From assembly GCA_001662655.1 (NCBI GenBank), contig KV460224.1: DNA of 37,612 nt; one strand, written 5' to 3'. A program made the translations under genes and the position numbers. The DNA is from Pseudogymnoascus verrucosus (lineage: Eukaryota). The notes under the pieces are model-generated. The model did not search any database, had not been told where the DNA came from, and worked only from the letters and a program-made list of their open reading frames with translations. Of the stretch, positions 34,501 to 37,612 are shown piece by piece; positions within the stretch are counted from its first letter, which is position 1, and each line of letters starts with the position of its first letter.

Positions 34501-36047
34501 GAGCTCGTAGCTAAGCCCAGTATTTTGATCTTCCTCGACGAACCTACCTCTGGTCTCGATGGCCAAGCTGCAAACAACACGGTACGCTTCTTGCGCAAAC
34601 TCGCGGAAGTCGGACAAGCTGTCCTCGTCACAATTCATCAGCCATCGGCCGACCTCTTTGCCCAATTCGACAGCCTCCTCCTACTGGCGAAGGGTGGCAA
34701 GACCGTATACTTTGGCGATATCGGCCATCATGCAAGGATCGTCAAGAAATACTTCGCTGATCATGGCGCACCGTGCCCTCGAGAGGCCAACCCTGCTGAG
34801 CACATGATTGAGGTCGTATCAGGAAGTCTTTCCAAGGGCAAGGACTGGAACCAAGTCTGGCTCAACTCGCCAGAACACGAGAAGATCACTCAAGAGCTTG
34901 ACACTCTTGTCGCTGATGCTGCCGCCAAACAGCCTGGAACTTTCGACGATGGCCATCAATTCGCAGCGCCCATGTGGGAGCAGGTAAAGCTTGTCACACA
35001 TCGCATGAACATCTCCTTGTTCCGCAACACCGAGTACATCAACAACAAGCTCATCTTGCATATACTCCTGTCTCTTTACAACGGCTTTTCGTTCTGGTCG
35101 ATTGGTAACAGCGTCAGCGATCTCCAGCAACGCCTCTTCACGGTCTTCAGTTTCCTGTTTGTCGCCCCCGGTCTCATCTCCCAGCTTCAACCTATCTTCA
35201 TCGATCGTCGCAATGTGTATGAAACGCGCGAGAAGAAGAGTAAGACCTACCACTGGGTGCCATTTGTCACTGGCTTGATCGTTTCTGAGCTGCCCTACCT
35301 GGTCGTCTGCGCTGTGCTGTACTTTGTGTGTTGGTACTGGACTGCCGGATTGCCAAATGATACCAAGTGGGCAGGCAGCACATTCTTCGTTGCAGTAAGT
35401 TCTCTCTTCTTTGGTTGACTCCTCGCTCCAAATTAACAAACCGTCTAGATGTTTTACGAGATGTTGTACACCGGTATTGGACAATCGATCGCCGCGTACG
35501 CTCCTAACGCAACCTTTGCATCTCTCGTCAACCCACTGGTCATCACCACCCTCGTATCATTCTGCGGTGTCTTCGCTCCTTACTCCCAGATCACGGCGTT
35601 CTGGAGATACTGGTAAGCCTCATACAACTATCAACACCCACGAGATCAATGCTAACATCACATTTTAGGCTCTACTACCTCGATCCCTTCAACTACCTCT
35701 TCGGCGCCTTCCTCACCTTTACCACCTTCTCCGTCGATATCACTTGCGAACGGGGCGAGCTTGCGGTCTTCAATCCTCCTGCGAACGAGACATGTGGCGA
35801 CTATCTTTCCACCTATCAGCATGGCATGGGACGTGGTACGAACCTTCTGAACCCAGGCGCTACGGAGAACTGCGAAGTGTGCCGATACACTACTGGACAA
35901 GACTACTTGAAGACACTCAACTTGAACGAAGAGTACTACGGCTGGAGGAATGCGGGGCTGCTTGTATTGTGGGCTGGAGTGTTCTACGCCCTGGTGTTCT
36001 TGATGATGAAGTTGCGAACCAAGGCGACGAAGAGGGCGTCTGCGTAG
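31537..36047 (+). CDS. Full-size PDR/ABCG multidrug ABC transporter (AtrB-like)
   Basis: Exons 31537-34050, 34107-34431, 34484-35394, 35449-35612 and 35669-36047, all with GT-AG introns. NBD1: degenerate Walker [32 protein letters not shown]1 with LLANEFH and WRNFGI. NBD2: [46 protein letters not shown]; then TMD2. Confidence 0.96.
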
Positions 36048-36214
36048 ACGAATGGTGTTTGCTGAAGAGTGAAAGATTGCCAAGGTACCCTACTCGAAGG
36101 AGAGTAAAGACGGAGTGCGAAATTGAGCGCATATGTGTTAGAACAGATAATAGATTATTCAAAACGAGCTTCACTGGACGAGACAAAGGTTACATTCTAC
36201 TTTCACCCATTACG

Positions 36215-36451
36215 GCCGGGATACAACTCTGTCAATATCTAGATGCGGCGTATAGCAAAGTAGAGCGAGCACTGGGCGAGCAATCCCTTGCTAAGGACGT
36301 TAAAAAGCGGAAACGGTCGGAAACACCTCCTGAAGATATTAGGGCAGGTGATGAAGCAAGGTATGCCGAGCAAGAGGAGAGAGCAGCGAAGCGCGCGGAT
36401 CATGACATGGATTACCAGGAGAAATTATCAACCAAGAGCCTCCCAAACTAG
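36215..36451 (+). pseudogene. Orphan 3' fragment of a protein-coding gene
   Basis: Protein-like charged tail AGIQLCQYLDAAYSKVERALGEQSLAKDVKKRKRSETPPEDIRAGDEARYAEQEERAAKRADHDMDY with an NLS-like KKRKR. There is no room for its N-terminus, since the ABC gene ends at 36047. Confidence 0.45.
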
Positions 36452-36744
36452 AATACCAAATATGTTCCGCTCTGCTAATGTGCTGGAAGGACAGAAGGCG
36501 AACCCAGGCAGCTCGCACCCCAACAGATCACCAGTCACTACAGCTAGGAAGCTTTGAGAATGCAATATGGTCTTAATTACCTAATGAAACTATTACAACA
36601 GTCTAAGCTTGGCGCAAGTGCGTAATTTTATGATCTAGGATTTAAATCTTCCTTTATGCAGCTTTAATACCACACCTGAAGCGAAGCCCTCTAGCATACC
36701 GACTGAATTGTCAAACTGATCTGGAGTTTGGTGCTTTCTTTTTG

Positions 36745-37379
36745 GCCGAAGAAACAGAATGTAGCAAGCTAACTATCATTAATGTTCGCAGAAACTTCGG
36801 CAATTTGGAACTATCTATGGTCCCTAAACACAAATACGCTGAAAACTAACAATGACACCTTTGATGATAGATGGCCTTATTACTACCTCCTAGAAAAGCC
36901 TAGGTTATACCTCGATGAGATTACTGTCTTTCTCTAGGATAGGTCCAAAACTATAGTCACGACCTCTAGTATTAGACGAGCCTTTATTGCCAAAGGTTGG
37001 TCTAAAAAGACCGCCTAGCAATGCACAAGCGAGCAGAATGCTAATTTCCGAGTCTATTACCTACATAGTCTGTCTTAGCTTTTAATTGTACTACCTAGTA
37101 TATAGTGATGAATTAGGATGCAATAAATGGGCTGAATTTAGGGCGACTAGTTAAGCACTACTTAGTAGAATACCTTTGCAAGCAGTTTCACTTAGACCAC
37201 AATAGCAGATACTGCTTATATGTGCCTAGGATAAGATCGTTCTCTAGTCTATTTTCTACTGCCCTATAGATACTATTGTGTTTAAGGACTTTATAGCCTA
37301 TCTTCTCTAGCACTATAGAAGATCGCTAGAGTATAAATCTATATTAGTAATAGGCAATACATCTTTCTGTTACTTAGAG
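36745..37379 (+). mobile_element. RIP-degenerated Tc1/IS630-type (DDE) transposase remnant
   Basis: Reading through stops and frameshifts gives AEETECSKLTIINVRRN/RQFG...MTPLMIDAL/LLEKPRLYLDEITVFL*D...TTSSIRRAFIAKGWSKK...EQNANFRVYYL...YLVYSDELGCNK...VFKDFIAYLL*H...KSILVIGNTSF. This matches the fungal Tc1-like pattern EKPGLYLDEM..FLWD / GWSKK / LVYVDESGCDK / FEDFI / SVLVMDNASFH. Many TAG/TAA stops and strong TpA enrichment. Confidence 0.88.
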
Positions 37380-37612
37380 TCTTAACACATCTCTACTCTA
37401 ATGCTTCCACCTATATAAAACTATAGACATAGGGTATTATATAGCCCCTAGATTAAATTAATCCTATTATGCTTAGAAATTAGGAAAGTATATGTTTTTA
37501 GATATAGATATTATAGTATTAACGTTCTTTTAAAATATAGCACATATATAACGCTAGGTCTTAAGCTATAAGACTTATAAAGGTTTTGTTATGTTAGTTT
37601 ACTTAATAGAGG

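Noticed and set aside
35744..36451. 235-aa ORF overlapping the ABC transporter's last exon
   Set aside because: The first ~100 codons are an alternate frame of the ABC exon; only the last ~78 codons look protein-like, and these are reported separately.
36590..36744. Terminal inverted repeat of the Tc1-like element
   Set aside because: No convincing inverted partner or TA duplication can be identified in the degraded sequence.
18891..37612. Secondary-metabolite cluster or Starship element
   Set aside because: No PKS, NRPS or terpene backbone gene and no tyrosine-recombinase captain is visible within the window; cannot be excluded beyond the right edge.

Overview
Genomic DNA of a filamentous ascomycete fungus: short GT-AG introns with CTRAC branch points and RIP-like decay. 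The window has two parts. (1) About 1-18.9 kb is a compact block of conserved housekeeping genes: guanine deaminase (runs off the left edge and is absent from the ORF track), a Cya5/Pet309-type mitochondrial PPR protein, SRP68, a BCS1-like AAA ATPase, ALG10, GAL7, ERG28, the VLCFA 3-ketoacyl-CoA reductase, and a conserved hypothetical gene with a 22-nt first exon. (2) About 18.9-37.6 kb is a looser accessory region. It holds a decayed fungal transcription-factor fragment, a divergent pair of a Zn-cluster-less TF-like gene and an SDR, a halide/thiol methyltransferase, a bZIP gene divergent from a small uncharacterised gene, a PDR/ABCG transporter, an orphan gene tail and a heavily RIP-mutated Tc1/IS630-type transposase. 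The most striking unexplained structure is an inverted repeat pair (63/66 identical core at 26085-26149 and 30592-30657, with further gapped homology inward). It brackets exactly the methyltransferase, bZIP and small gene. All family assignments come from motif recognition by eye; no database searches were run.
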